This document shows positions 37,101-46,980 of a DNA stretch of 64,000 nucleotides, piece after piece; the stretch's first letter is position 1, and each line of letters opens with the position of its first letter. Source of the DNA: an uncultured Desulfatitalea sp. (lineage in GTDB: Bacteria; Desulfobacterota; Desulfobacteria; Desulfobacterales; Desulfosarcinaceae); NCBI GenBank assembly GCA_963668675.2, contig CAXXMB010000001.1, positions 928,001-992,000 of the forward strand, in the 5' to 3' direction. The translations under genes were made by a program, and so were the position numbers. The notes under the pieces are model-generated. The model was not told the origin of the DNA and ran no database searches. It saw only the letters and a list, made by a program, of their open reading frames with translations.

Positions 37101-37359
37101 GAACATGAGATATAATTGTCGTGACCGGCGGCACTATTCGTGTTTTGGAAAGCGTTTGTATTAATCCAAGATCACAATCGTCAATTCCGGATTCTGGTGA
37201 ATTCACAGACATTGTTCTAACCCGAACGCCGTTTTGATGAAGACCGGAAACGACGGCCCGGGCACCGACTCCAAAGCCACTTCGGTTATAAAAAGGCGCT
37301 ATCCATAAGATCGTACCTGGTATGGCCTGCCCTGATAATTGCACTGTGTTATTCATCAT
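34177..37359 (-). CDS. Two GT4-like domains + TPR glycosyltransferase
   Basis: Degenerate N-terminal GT-B; second domain has PWEYG, RKGID, HPYRGEGFGLPIAEAMACG; C-terminal TPRs. Confidence 0.88.
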   Translation of the reverse strand: MMNNTVQLSGQAIPGTILWIAPFYNRSGFGVGARAVVSGLHQNGVRVRTMSVNSPESGIDDCDLGLIQTLSKTRIVPPVTTIISHVPSWNWLDIKLPEPNLRILSTTVFDCNSDESSQPTEKLNICSAMDQIWLHTVGEEDAFKKAGFPPEKVRTIYWPHPWVDNPMLPPAFDEPPLENKSFRFLNVTMFLPRRRLDTMIEAFLEEFEENENVELYLKVNYPSWHPVPGKPKKDLFDLIERLRCKTGSANKIIVDEEIGTRKGILHLIDSCNAYVTADTALTAPVGEARVRKRVVIMPENLIKIKPLDSYLPIAVRSEKAIPMTDDILMYQPHHKGRSMPLLCVEDVRSALRNAYALSLEERRCMASKSERMPGPAETIPKMIDAIEDGWAKKQKQGRIEIVEKNSKMISWEGDQFALNSLALINRELCLRLIDAGYELTVASSEALPIQNKNNRRLHLLTSRLNSLLNGTAGINVRHQWPPNFNPPAHGHWVMIQPWEYGSLPASWIRPMCDLVDEIWVPSEYVKKCYARSGIPAEQVVVIPNGVDTDRFKPEATAYPLKTRKRFKFLFVGGTIHRKGIDVLLYAYFNSFSALDDVCLVIKDMGGKGIYKEQNAKKMISEMQCQPQCPEIEYIEAMISDDRMPGLYTACDCLVHPYRGEGFGLPIAEAMACGLPVIVTGYGAAMDFCNPSNAYLISAKEKRYDDKRVGEHETVDYPWYAEPDRGDLTRWMKHVYSQQAEAAEKGRHARHFIETQLTWRHAFEKVSMRINALKGQPIRRASVEAGRDVKSPEPKVAENASVLPNEAMDELALARTRWMEERFDEAEALYRRMITRFPQEDQVWWGLVEFLIDLKRFEEAAELLVQNSVNPSEGKRRAYLAYCHLALGRTNQCRETLSLIPEDGALKPFLLNLKGKLAFASGDQQGAQALFRQAIEGEVTFGEPYINLGLILWAEKRPYEAFDCFKKGLVCNPLLSDAAKQYHRAAISLGELEKAQSALERLCAEHPDSKRLRYLFIDILLHRQQYAIAAVEIDKATARFGQDAGLAAAAGEVSKRIAERS

Positions 37360-37489
37360 TAAATTCTGTTATGTATCTGAAATTTTTCGTATACGTGGTG
37401 ATATATTGAGCCACAACATAAATGACCGTCGACAAGTAAGATGTTCTTTGCGATTAGCAGCTTTTTTGATACAGGAACAAGGCTTGCCA

Positions 37490-38563
37490 TTAAATTGTAA
37501 CGCTCCCGGGCGGCGGCTGGTAGGATATTCTCCTCTCCACCAGGTTTGCCTCTTCCTGCAATTGGTTAAGAATTTCATCCCTCCGACCTGGGAACTTCCA
37601 GAAGTTATTCAATAAGACGCCGATTTTTTCATTTCGGATTTTTGGAAAAAGCGCCAATCCAAGATAGTAGTATTGCTCACCCAAATCGTAGCCACCACTG
37701 ATGAGAAACCGGGTAGCATAACGAAAACATAAAGAGCTCAATTTTTTTCGAGACGATAAGAGTCGGTTGTTAACCTTCGAAATACCCATAGCGTCAGCAA
37801 CCTCATTAAAATGTTGGTGTAGGAGATATGGACCAAGAATCTCAATCAAGTTTCCAGCTGCTTGCTGTGAATCATTTTCACCATGCAATCGGTGATAGAG
37901 CAGTGGTTCTTTCAAATAAGCCGCCTTGTAGCGACTACAGAGCATAAAATCCATTATCCGTGCCCCGTACCATCGACCAGCTAACACTTTTGAAAAATCA
38001 GTACGTTCTGATGCTTCTCGCTCAGCACGATAAAGAATCTGAGAAATACTGGGATTAACCGCAGCCATCATGTAAACCGCTGCCTGTTCCTCACCTGGAA
38101 TAACACAGCTTTCCTGGTAAAAAGGCGGCTCCTCAAAAAGGCAGCTTCGCTCATCAATGATTCCTCTGTGGACCATTGCAAATGCACAATCGGGATTATC
38201 CTCCAACACCGCGACCGCCTTTTCGATGAAATCGACTGCCATAATATCATCAGAGCACATCTGCAGAGCGTAGTGCCCCTGCGACGGAAAAATACAATTT
38301 TCCACATTTGCATCAGGTCCAAAATTTAGACGATTTCTCGCAAGACTGAATCGCTGCGGATGTCTCTTTTGGTATGCCAGCGCAATTTCCCAAGAATCAT
38401 CAACTGAGCAGTTATCAGAAAAGGATATTTCAATATTCCTATAGCTTTGCCGGACAACAGAATCTATGCACTCTTCGAGATAGCGACCATAATTGTAGTT
38501 ATGAATACGAACCGAAACCAAGGGGTCATAGGTGCTAAAATAACTATGATGATTGTCATTCAT
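37490..38563 (-). CDS. Glycosyltransferase family 2
   Basis: VSV..HNYNYGRYL, SDNCSVD, NFGPDAN, CSDD. Confidence 0.88.
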   Translation of the reverse strand: MNDNHHSYFSTYDPLVSVRIHNYNYGRYLEECIDSVVRQSYRNIEISFSDNCSVDDSWEIALAYQKRHPQRFSLARNRLNFGPDANVENCIFPSQGHYALQMCSDDIMAVDFIEKAVAVLEDNPDCAFAMVHRGIIDERSCLFEEPPFYQESCVIPGEEQAAVYMMAAVNPSISQILYRAEREASERTDFSKVLAGRWYGARIMDFMLCSRYKAAYLKEPLLYHRLHGENDSQQAAGNLIEILGPYLLHQHFNEVADAMGISKVNNRLLSSRKKLSSLCFRYATRFLISGGYDLGEQYYYLGLALFPKIRNEKIGVLLNNFWKFPGRRDEILNQLQEEANLVERRISYQPPPGSVTI

Positions 38564-38582
38564 CGTTTACTCTCGTTTATTG

Positions 38583-38725
38583 TTAAACCGGAAATTTAAA
38601 AGGCCAACCTTCGTTACCCCGGACTTGATCCGGTATCAGGAACCAACTGGATAGCGCCAAGGCTTCACTGCGTGCCCGGTTTTCGTCGGAATGACATGCG
38701 TAGAAATTATTGGTTTCCGGGTTAA
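38583..38725. mobile_element. Degenerate MITE/REP-like intergenic element
   Basis: 12-bp terminal inverted repeats TTAAACCGGAAA / TTTCCGGGTTAA (1 mismatch) around CGTTACCCCGGACTTGATCCGG...CCGGTTTTCGTCGGAATGAC palindromic units. Confidence 0.5.
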
Positions 38726-38842
38726 TAGCTATTTAGCCCCATCTTTAAAAACCTACTTGATTGCTGAAAAATTCGACCTCTTGTTTCTCAATACGAACCT
38801 CCCGATCATAAAGGAAAACATCTTTCTTTCGACGGACCTGGT

Positions 38843-40681
38843 CTATATTGCTATTTGCTTGAATACTGGGACAAGGCTGTTTTTTTCATTAATCAGAGTA
38901 GGGAAATATACCTTATTAATAGACGGATAATTATCTTTGATAGCTCTGCAGATAGCATTTTTGGCGATCGGTGAGGTAATGACTACAGATTTTACCTCTT
39001 TTTCATAAATTATCTCAGGACCGTAAATTTTTTTGCCGAGACGTGTCATCAACTGGTGACGCTGGTTTCCGTCAGCTTGAATAAACCGTTTAGAATCAAA
39101 GCATCCCTTATGAAATCGCGCAATTCTACAATACTGGCTGCCAACACCCCAGAAAACGATCTCTTCATCTTCTGGAATCTCCTTCATAATCAGATCAGTT
39201 TTGCATGTTACCGTTCTTAATAACTCAACTGTGTTTGGGCGACCGCAGGAACAGTTGCATATAGGAGCTTGAAGGAAATGTTGGCCTGATATAATGTGGG
39301 TTTTGCTGCATCGACCGCATATCCATTCCGCCCTGCATATCCCCTCTTCATCCACATCAATAAGCTTGATTTCCGCAGCTGGTACCTGGGGATAGTACGA
39401 CAATTCAGTAATTTTCGAATACATTTCAAAATATTCTTCATCCGTGAGTTTAGACACGTTAATGTCGAATGTACCATTTTTGAGGTAGTCTGCACGGTCG
39501 AAAATTACACCCTTTTTGCAGGCATGTTCGTAAAGAAATGATCCTGGGTATGTGCAGACTATACCAAGGTTGATGTAAAGCTTATCTTTGTACCTTTCCC
39601 ACAAATCAAGAGAAGCTTTGACGGTCTCTGTGGTTTCATTTATATCTCCGAAAATAAAATTACCAAGCATGAACATTTCAGATTCGGCAAATACATCCAA
39701 AGCGTTTACCAATTGCTTTATGGTGACACCTTTGCGCATACTTTTGAGAATTTTCTGAGAACCACTTTCCAAACCAGTTCCAATCCCCTTGCATCCGGCG
39801 TCAAGCATGATTTTCAGTAAATCATATTCAATTTCCTGGACTCTAAGAGAGCAACCCCAGTTAATTTTATACGGTTTGATCCTTTTGCAAAAATCAACGA
39901 CCCTTTTTTTGTTTGTGGCGAAAAGTTCATCACCGATACCAATCTTTTGTATTTTGAATTTTTCAATTTGATAATCAATTTCTGAAAATATTGAGTCCAT
40001 TGACCGTTGTCTGTATCTATTACCAGTCGACTTAAAGCAAAAGGTGCACTGAAAAGGGCATGACCTGGCAGATTGAATAATACCCCCACCTTTGTTTAAT
40101 TTTACCCATTCTGAATAATTGAAACCGTCAAAGTCCATATAGGCGATATTGTCGATTTCCATTATTTCCGGTCGAGGCGGACCTTTAATTAATCTTCCTT
40201 TGTGCCAGCTGATCACACCAGAAATGTTATCATATCTGGAGCCTCTGTTTAAAGCAGCAGCAAGCTCGCACATAGTTCTTTCGCCTTCACCAATCACTCC
40301 TATATCGGCCTTAAGTACTCTCATTGCAGGTTCGGCGTCGGATGAGATTATTGCTCCACCAATGACTATTTTTACATTGGGGTTGAGCTTTCTTGAAAGG
40401 TCAATAATTCGCTTAATTTGATTAACATCCAGGCTGGTCCCACCAGTGCATACAATATCGATTTCATTTTCGTTGAACACTTTATTCAACGTATCCTCAA
40501 TATTGCTTTTAATAAAATTTGAATTGACTGTATAAACTTCGAAGCCTGCGTTCTTTAATGCTGCAGACACGTAGGCCATCCCAATTGGAAATAAGGTAAG
40601 GACATCTACTACGGAGTTCGATCTCTGTGATACTGTTTGCGGGTGTTGAGGAGAAATTAAAAGATACTTCAATGCAGCCAT
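38843..40681 (-). CDS. Cobalamin-binding (class B-like) radical SAM protein with C-terminal Zn-finger-like and Rossmann-like extensions
   Basis: FPIGMAYVSA, IGG, IGEGE B12 domain; CPFQCTFC; GLESGS; CGRC...CSC. Confidence 0.88.
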   Translation of the reverse strand: MAALKYLLISPQHPQTVSQRSNSVVDVLTLFPIGMAYVSAALKNAGFEVYTVNSNFIKSNIEDTLNKVFNENEIDIVCTGGTSLDVNQIKRIIDLSRKLNPNVKIVIGGAIISSDAEPAMRVLKADIGVIGEGERTMCELAAALNRGSRYDNISGVISWHKGRLIKGPPRPEIMEIDNIAYMDFDGFNYSEWVKLNKGGGIIQSARSCPFQCTFCFKSTGNRYRQRSMDSIFSEIDYQIEKFKIQKIGIGDELFATNKKRVVDFCKRIKPYKINWGCSLRVQEIEYDLLKIMLDAGCKGIGTGLESGSQKILKSMRKGVTIKQLVNALDVFAESEMFMLGNFIFGDINETTETVKASLDLWERYKDKLYINLGIVCTYPGSFLYEHACKKGVIFDRADYLKNGTFDINVSKLTDEEYFEMYSKITELSYYPQVPAAEIKLIDVDEEGICRAEWICGRCSKTHIISGQHFLQAPICNCSCGRPNTVELLRTVTCKTDLIMKEIPEDEEIVFWGVGSQYCRIARFHKGCFDSKRFIQADGNQRHQLMTRLGKKIYGPEIIYEKEVKSVVITSPIAKNAICRAIKDNYPSINKVYFPTLINEKNSLVPVFKQIAI

Positions 40682-40747
40682 TTTTAAACTTTCTTCAATT
40701 TAATTTCCTGAACATGCTTATCATTATCTGCTCTTATCGTTTATCCC

Positions 40748-42205
40748 TCATAAGAAATCGGAACCGTAAACAATTGGCGGAGGAAGATATTCAGAATATT
40801 GGACATAGTATCCTTTACAGCCAATAATTAATTCATCATTGAAATTATGGTTGAACAATTGTTTTTTTATCTCATCTTCAAATGAATACGTACTGATGAT
40901 TATAAAACTGTTTTTATGATATTTTGTTAACTTTCTAAAAGATATGACAGGGAGATTTTCATGCCAGGCCGTTTCCTCATCTGAAATTTTGTTATCGCAA
41001 AAACATACCGGATTTATGCCGTAACGTCTTAAAATTACCAAAAGACGTCTACCGAGATCTCCCGCACCGAAAAGCACAATGGTGCGATTGAGTTTAGAGA
41101 TTTCTTCCTTTTTTTCCCCTAACAAAGCTGAAACCATATTATCAGTTGAAAAAATTTTCTGTGTATAATTAATTTTCGGCCCTTCTTCTGCACACCGTTT
41201 TTCTATCAACTCCGCCGCTTTTTCGAACTCAGATTTTGAAAGTCGTTCAGTTTTGAGTCCAATTTTCCATTCTTCCTGCTGCAACCGATAAGTGAATAGC
41301 AGTTTCAACTCTCTTTTGGCTTCAGAGATATTAGTCGCTCTGATATGATTCCAATCATATTCTCTGAACATGTCCGGTTTGTATTCAGGCAATATGGATT
41401 TTGCGACAGAAGATCTGGAACAATCTGTTTTATCATAGAAAATAACCGGAATACCCATGGCGGCACATGGCATTACAACATGTATATGTGAACTTATTAC
41501 CAACATCGCCTCGCGTTTAAGTAAATCAAGTCGCTCTTGGGCCAACCTTTTTGTATGCTTGGCATCATTATCGTCCATAGGTCCACAACGGGGGAAATCC
41601 ACTATCTGGGCCAGGTGCTGAATTCTGGCTTTTAAATGATCAGGAATAGTGCTGATAATGGTTTCCACCAAATTGCCTGGTATGCCAATTATAAATATTT
41701 TGTTTCCTTTAATCTCCGGATGTCGCTCATCAAAACCGATTGTGACACACTTCGAAAAAAAAGCCTTTATTCCCAAAGATCTTAAAAAATCTCTGGTAGC
41801 CACATCTCGACAACCTATTGGCTCGTATTTTTTCATTGATGCAATAAAAGCATCATAGTGTCTCAAAACATCAAACATTCCATCAGGAATTCGTGTACCA
41901 AAGTATAATATTCGCAAATTGAAATCATTAATTGGAAGATCGTGCTTAGCTGGGTATGTATTCCACGCCAATCCACCGGTTGCTGGTATAAAGATACCTT
42001 TTTCCCGTTTTTGATTTCTAATTCCCATCTCTGAACGTACTATGTAATCGATCTGATTCTCTTTAACAGATAATTGTTTTAACATCTCCACTACAGCCAG
42101 GGACTGTATATCATCTCCCAAGTTTATGACATTTTTAGTCCCTCCATATTTATAGCTTATTGTATAGTATTTCATAAAGTCAGGTCCCAATAAGTTATTT
42201 TTCAA
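40748..42205 (-). CDS. Polysaccharide pyruvyl transferase-like protein with C-terminal Rossmann-like domain
   Basis: NLGDDIQS, PIGCRD, SHIHVVMPCAAMGIPV; tail LFGAG...CDN. Confidence 0.78.
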   Translation of the reverse strand: MKNNLLGPDFMKYYTISYKYGGTKNVINLGDDIQSLAVVEMLKQLSVKENQIDYIVRSEMGIRNQKREKGIFIPATGGLAWNTYPAKHDLPINDFNLRILYFGTRIPDGMFDVLRHYDAFIASMKKYEPIGCRDVATRDFLRSLGIKAFFSKCVTIGFDERHPEIKGNKIFIIGIPGNLVETIISTIPDHLKARIQHLAQIVDFPRCGPMDDNDAKHTKRLAQERLDLLKREAMLVISSHIHVVMPCAAMGIPVIFYDKTDCSRSSVAKSILPEYKPDMFREYDWNHIRATNISEAKRELKLLFTYRLQQEEWKIGLKTERLSKSEFEKAAELIEKRCAEEGPKINYTQKIFSTDNMVSALLGEKKEEISKLNRTIVLFGAGDLGRRLLVILRRYGINPVCFCDNKISDEETAWHENLPVISFRKLTKYHKNSFIIISTYSFEDEIKKQLFNHNFNDELIIGCKGYYVQYSEYLPPPIVYGSDFL

Positions 42206-42207
42206 TT

Positions 42208-43293
42208 TTACAAATCAAGACTTCCAGGCGGTGGTTCATAAGAAACGATTCTTGTTATAAGGCTATGCTCGTTTTGCAATCTATCGCAAATCTCTTTTTT
42301 CTGTAGATTTGAACTTTCCCAATAGCTTTGGATAATCTTAAAAAGTGGTTCATCTTTTATCGATAAAGACAACGCTGCTGAAAGATAAAAATATTGCTGG
42401 CCGGTCTTTTCGTCTCCATTTAATAAAAATCTGGTACAGTAACGCAGACACAATGAACTCAGTTTTTCTTTTGCCTCAGGCAGACGGGCGCAAACCTTAT
42501 TCAAACCATATGAACTCGCTATCTCAGCAAACTGATGTGCCAACAAAAAAGGCCCGATAATTTCAATAAGACTTCCGGCAGCCTGTAATGAATCATTCTC
42601 TCCGTGTAAACGATGCTGCAAAAGAGGCTCTTTGATGTAGACCAAATCGTAGTTACAGCAAAGACTGAAATCTAAAAATCTTGTCCCATACCATCTCCCG
42701 GAGAGCTGTTGGGTCGCGTTTTTACCGTGCCCTCTATACCTACAGGTAACGTAAACAATCTGTGAAACAGAAGGATTAACCGCAGCAACCATGTAAACAG
42801 CTGCCTGACCAGAACCGGGTATGATACAGGAGCGGTTATAAAAAGGAGGTTCTTCGCTAATCGCACCTGCTTCATTGATAATAGACCGGTTAACCATGGC
42901 ATAACCACAATGTGGGTTTTCCTCTAAAGCGCGAACTGCTCGCTCTAAAAAGTCAGGCGCCATTATATCGTCGGAACACATTAGAACATGATATTTCCCC
43001 ATTCGAAAATGAGCGCAATTAATCAAATTGCTGTCAGTCCCAAAATTAAGCCTATTTTCAGCAACACTAAATATTTCTGGGTAACGATCACGATACTCCA
43101 AAGCTATCTGCCAGGAATCGTCTGTAGAGCAATTATCAGAGAAACAAATTTCGATGTTCGGATAAGTTTGTGCAAGAATGCTATCCAAACATTCTCTGAG
43201 ATAGCGTCCATAATTGTAGTTGAAAACCAACACACTGACGATTGGGTTTTCTATATCTCCAAGTTTGACTGTTCGATCGTAGTTATCCATCAA
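42208..43293 (-). CDS. Glycosyltransferase family 2, close paralogue of 37490-38563
   Basis: Shares YNYGRYL, EEPPFY, QAAVYM.AAVNPS, GRWYG, HRLHGENDS. Confidence 0.88.
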   Translation of the reverse strand: MMDNYDRTVKLGDIENPIVSVLVFNYNYGRYLRECLDSILAQTYPNIEICFSDNCSTDDSWQIALEYRDRYPEIFSVAENRLNFGTDSNLINCAHFRMGKYHVLMCSDDIMAPDFLERAVRALEENPHCGYAMVNRSIINEAGAISEEPPFYNRSCIIPGSGQAAVYMVAAVNPSVSQIVYVTCRYRGHGKNATQQLSGRWYGTRFLDFSLCCNYDLVYIKEPLLQHRLHGENDSLQAAGSLIEIIGPFLLAHQFAEIASSYGLNKVCARLPEAKEKLSSLCLRYCTRFLLNGDEKTGQQYFYLSAALSLSIKDEPLFKIIQSYWESSNLQKKEICDRLQNEHSLITRIVSYEPPPGSLDL

Positions 43294-44293
43294 TTGACAC
43301 CATACTATTGTGTTTCAATTGAAAACGTTTCGGCGTATAATATGTGTGAAAATCTCTCTCCCAAAAAGATGATTTGCGCTTATTAACTATAGAATCATAC
43401 ACTTCATTGTACCAAAACTGACTTATCAAGTTTGGATACTGTGCAATTGCAAGAAAAAAGTACCTTGAAGCGGATTCAAAAGATTCTTTTTCAACCTCAT
43501 CTTTGGCCAATGATATAAGCTCCATGGCAAATCGCTCCCAACAGAGATCTTTCATTTGTTGGACGCCAGTGAAGTTATATAGTTTCTCAACCGTCCTCAA
43601 TATTTTGACTTTATGATTACACAGAGAAAGAATGTGGGGATATATGATTTCATATGCATCATTTGCAAGGTACTTAAATTGTGGAACAGATATCGAGATA
43701 GCAGAATAATTAAAGCAAAGGTTTGCTTGCTTCACAAAAGGCTGATGGGTATCACTATCAACTTTCGCTATATCAGTGTCGTAAAGCGCGATAGAAGAAC
43801 CAGGCAAAGGAACCGCGATTAAATGACTCTGCAGGTGTTCAAGACCCGAAATTTCACAATTGAATTCGTAAAACCGCTCTCGTTCCTGCAGGTCTTCACT
43901 GCCCATCAGCACAAAGGCACTTCTGTTTCTATTTTTTATAGATTTGACCGCAATTGAGACAGCATTCTCGTTTAAAACAACTGCACTATCAATAGCAATA
44001 AAATATCTTCCTCTTATATTCGGGTAGTGAACTACAAAGGAATCAAAAAGGAAATCTAATCGAGATCGCAATAGCGTAATAACGCCCGGATATTCCTTTT
44101 GATATGAAACGGCACACTGCCATGAGTCGTCAGTAGTGCCGTAATCGTACAAAACCACCTCGATATTGCGATAGCTCTGCTTTAAAATAGAAAATAGGCA
44201 GGCCTTGAGTATTGAAGACTCACGCCGGTGGTTAACGACCATCGTAATTAGCGGAGTTTCATAGTCATTAAATTTCGCTTCTCGTTTATTCAT
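43283..44293 (-). CDS. Divergent GT2-like protein
   Basis: QSYRNIEV...DYGTTDDSW resembles the neighbouring GT2s; no DxD-like motif. Confidence 0.65.
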   Translation of the reverse strand: MNKREAKFNDYETPLITMVVNHRRESSILKACLFSILKQSYRNIEVVLYDYGTTDDSWQCAVSYQKEYPGVITLLRSRLDFLFDSFVVHYPNIRGRYFIAIDSAVVLNENAVSIAVKSIKNRNRSAFVLMGSEDLQERERFYEFNCEISGLEHLQSHLIAVPLPGSSIALYDTDIAKVDSDTHQPFVKQANLCFNYSAISISVPQFKYLANDAYEIIYPHILSLCNHKVKILRTVEKLYNFTGVQQMKDLCWERFAMELISLAKDEVEKESFESASRYFFLAIAQYPNLISQFWYNEVYDSIVNKRKSSFWERDFHTYYTPKRFQLKHNSMVSIDG

Positions 44294-44338
44294 ACAAGAT
44301 ATTTCCTAATCCTGCGAGGCCTTGCCTCCATTACGATA

Positions 44339-45490
44339 TCAAGTGCTTGCGTAAAGCACCGTTTCATAAGTAAAACTTGTGTAATTTCGAAGGTGAAATT
44401 TGTATCCAACCTTTAGGCTGTTCAAGTAGAGCGGGATCTCCCACAGATGAGACGGATTATGATATACACAGACAGCTAAATCAGGTTGTTGTTTTCGCAA
44501 CATGCTTTCAGCGCCTTTCAAGGCCATTTTTTCCATCCCCTCAATATCCATACATATGAAAGTTGGTTTGAAGCCAGGGAGCACGCCATCCAGCGAAATC
44601 CCCTGTACAAATGAATCGCCTGTTTCTGAAATTCTCGACCCTAAACCATCGCTGCTGATAAAAGGCATCATCGCTTCTTTATCACAAACGGCACAGGGAA
44701 ATGCTACCACTTCATTCGCGATACTATTATTTTCTTTCATTAAATATTTAGTGAGACGTGAAAATATTTTTTGCTCCGGTTCAAAACAAAACACTGTGGA
44801 TACTTTTCCTTGATTTTTGTTCAATAATTTTATCGTATCACCATCATAAGCACCACAATTGATAACATCGGAGTAACCCTTTTTGAGTTGTATGTCTTTG
44901 GGAAAATATTGTTCCTCTCTGGGACTATCCGGTATGGGGACAGGTTTGCGTTGAATATGGGTTTTTATACAACTTGTGTAGACCTCAAGACTCATTTTAT
45001 CCTCAAAGAGATCTACGGCTTTTAAAATTTCGTTCGTATTATCACTATAAAACTGGAACCCATTTTGAGATAAAGCTACTGGCAAGTTAAAAGGGTTATG
45101 AATTTCATAAATATCCATTAAATATATTATTTCTTTAAAGCCGATCGCCTTTAATTTTCGGACAATTTCCCCATGATGCACCTTTTTTCCTACACAGATT
45201 ACAGCCACTTTTGATTCAAACTCTCGATCGCTGACATGGTACTCATCCGGAGAAAAAGCCGGAATTCCGTATATATCCTGGCCTTTATGTAACACTCGAT
45301 CCAAAACGGCAGTTGGTTTGTAGCCATACATTTTCATCACGACCTCGAAAAACCAATGACTGCACTCACCAGCGCCATAGATTACTATTTCGCGGTTTTT
45401 GAACATCTTGTCTATATAGGCGGCATCCTCAGGAAATGATCCCTTCATGAGGATATTCTTCAGATCAATTTTATATCGATTTCGATTCAT
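44339..45490 (-). CDS. FkbM-family methyltransferase with N-terminal Rossmann-like domain
   Basis: NCGAYDGDT, FEP, MDIEG.E..AL.GA, CVYH. Confidence 0.88.
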   Translation of the reverse strand: MNRNRYKIDLKNILMKGSFPEDAAYIDKMFKNREIVIYGAGECSHWFFEVVMKMYGYKPTAVLDRVLHKGQDIYGIPAFSPDEYHVSDREFESKVAVICVGKKVHHGEIVRKLKAIGFKEIIYLMDIYEIHNPFNLPVALSQNGFQFYSDNTNEILKAVDLFEDKMSLEVYTSCIKTHIQRKPVPIPDSPREEQYFPKDIQLKKGYSDVINCGAYDGDTIKLLNKNQGKVSTVFCFEPEQKIFSRLTKYLMKENNSIANEVVAFPCAVCDKEAMMPFISSDGLGSRISETGDSFVQGISLDGVLPGFKPTFICMDIEGMEKMALKGAESMLRKQQPDLAVCVYHNPSHLWEIPLYLNSLKVGYKFHLRNYTSFTYETVLYAST

Positions 45491-45501
45491 ACACAGAATC
45501 C

Positions 45502-46980
45502 TCAGAAATTAATCTCGTCTTCTCGTTCGAATTCCCAAATACTGGTGCTACCACTTGCAACTCTTTCTACCTTTCCAAGAATATCTTCGCGATGCTGCTT
45601 CGGGGCTGCGACTAGGATGATATCAGGGTCAAGTTTCGATATCGATCCGTAATCATAAATCGGGATTCCTTTGATTCTTTTTCCTTGCAAAACCGGATCT
45701 CTATCGACAAAACCGACAATATCGCCTTGACCGATCTGGGGATCTTCCAAAAGGCTTTCCGTCAGATTACAAGCCGGAACAAGCAACAATCGTTTACCTT
45801 CCAAGAATGTTTTTTCTGACGATTTGACCGTTCGTAAAATTCTCAGTGGCTTTGTATAGAATTTATTACCGCTACTTTCTGCAGAGCTTGTTTCCTTTCG
45901 AAAGTTGCACAGGGCAAGCTCTGCATCCAATTTAAGATCCACTTTTTTGCTTTCAGCGGTTGCTTGTTTGGTTTTTTCTAAAAGAATTTTACCGTGCTTT
46001 CCGATGGCGGCAAGGTGATTTTCCGTAAAATGCCCTGCTGTCACACCATGTTTCTTTAACAGTCGGTAAGTTTTTGCATATGCATTTACGTGCTTTGAAA
46101 AATCATATCCTCCGAAATCTTCAACGCTAGGCGATATCCCCTTCAAGGGTTCAAAATCGAAGGTGAGCCAGACTCTCTGCGGTCGTATGGCGAGCATTGC
46201 GTATGAAAATCCTGCAACGTCGTCATCACTGCAATTTTCTTCACAGAAAATGTACTTAACGGACAAAAAGCCTCCGCCTTGATTTCCTGCATGGGCATAC
46301 CGGGATAGATTTTCCACGACCTGCAAAAAAGCGTCGGCCCCCTTTACGCGTTTGAAAGTCGAAGGGCATCCTGCATCGAGGGAGGTGCAGACCCATCGGA
46401 TGTTCCCCTTTACAATACCATCATAGACGGAACGGCGAAAACGTACCCCGTTGGTATAGAGGTAAATACGGATGCGGCGAGAGTTAAAATATTCGATATA
46501 GTCTGAAAAATCAGGTAAAAGCGTCGGTTCCCCACCATTAAAATCTACCGCAGCATCCCACTCCACATCTTTGGGTTTAAACTCGCGTAGAATCGATAGT
46601 GCATCATACTTTGCCGGCTTGAAATTATTGCTGAGGGTGTACCCACAAAAACAGCACCTGAGGTTACATAGCGTTGAAGCTGCGAGATCAATATGACCTA
46701 ATCTTGAAAAATTGACGTCGTTGTACTTCTTTTTCACGACCATGTGACATGATTTACAGGTGATATCACTCTTGTCATCATTAAGAAGGTCGAACAACCA
46801 TCGCCTTTTTTCGACAATCATCTCTTTCGTGATTTTCGCCCGTCCTGCCTCCGATGCTGACCAGTATATCGGCGATGAAAACGGACCCAATTGGCAAGCA
46901 TGCACTCCCTCTATTCCCAATCTCAGTCCGCTTTCAAGCTTTCTACAACTTTTGACAATATCATCCGGATGAAACTTCAT
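45502..46980 (-). CDS. Radical SAM protein with C-terminal Rossmann-like domain
   Basis: CNLRCCFC, GGEPT, YTNG, SLDAG; N-terminal C...HAC...CKSC. Confidence 0.85.
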   Translation of the reverse strand: MKFHPDDIVKSCRKLESGLRLGIEGVHACQLGPFSSPIYWSASEAGRAKITKEMIVEKRRWLFDLLNDDKSDITCKSCHMVVKKKYNDVNFSRLGHIDLAASTLCNLRCCFCGYTLSNNFKPAKYDALSILREFKPKDVEWDAAVDFNGGEPTLLPDFSDYIEYFNSRRIRIYLYTNGVRFRRSVYDGIVKGNIRWVCTSLDAGCPSTFKRVKGADAFLQVVENLSRYAHAGNQGGGFLSVKYIFCEENCSDDDVAGFSYAMLAIRPQRVWLTFDFEPLKGISPSVEDFGGYDFSKHVNAYAKTYRLLKKHGVTAGHFTENHLAAIGKHGKILLEKTKQATAESKKVDLKLDAELALCNFRKETSSAESSGNKFYTKPLRILRTVKSSEKTFLEGKRLLLVPACNLTESLLEDPQIGQGDIVGFVDRDPVLQGKRIKGIPIYDYGSISKLDPDIILVAAPKQHREDILGKVERVASGSTSIWEFEREDEINF

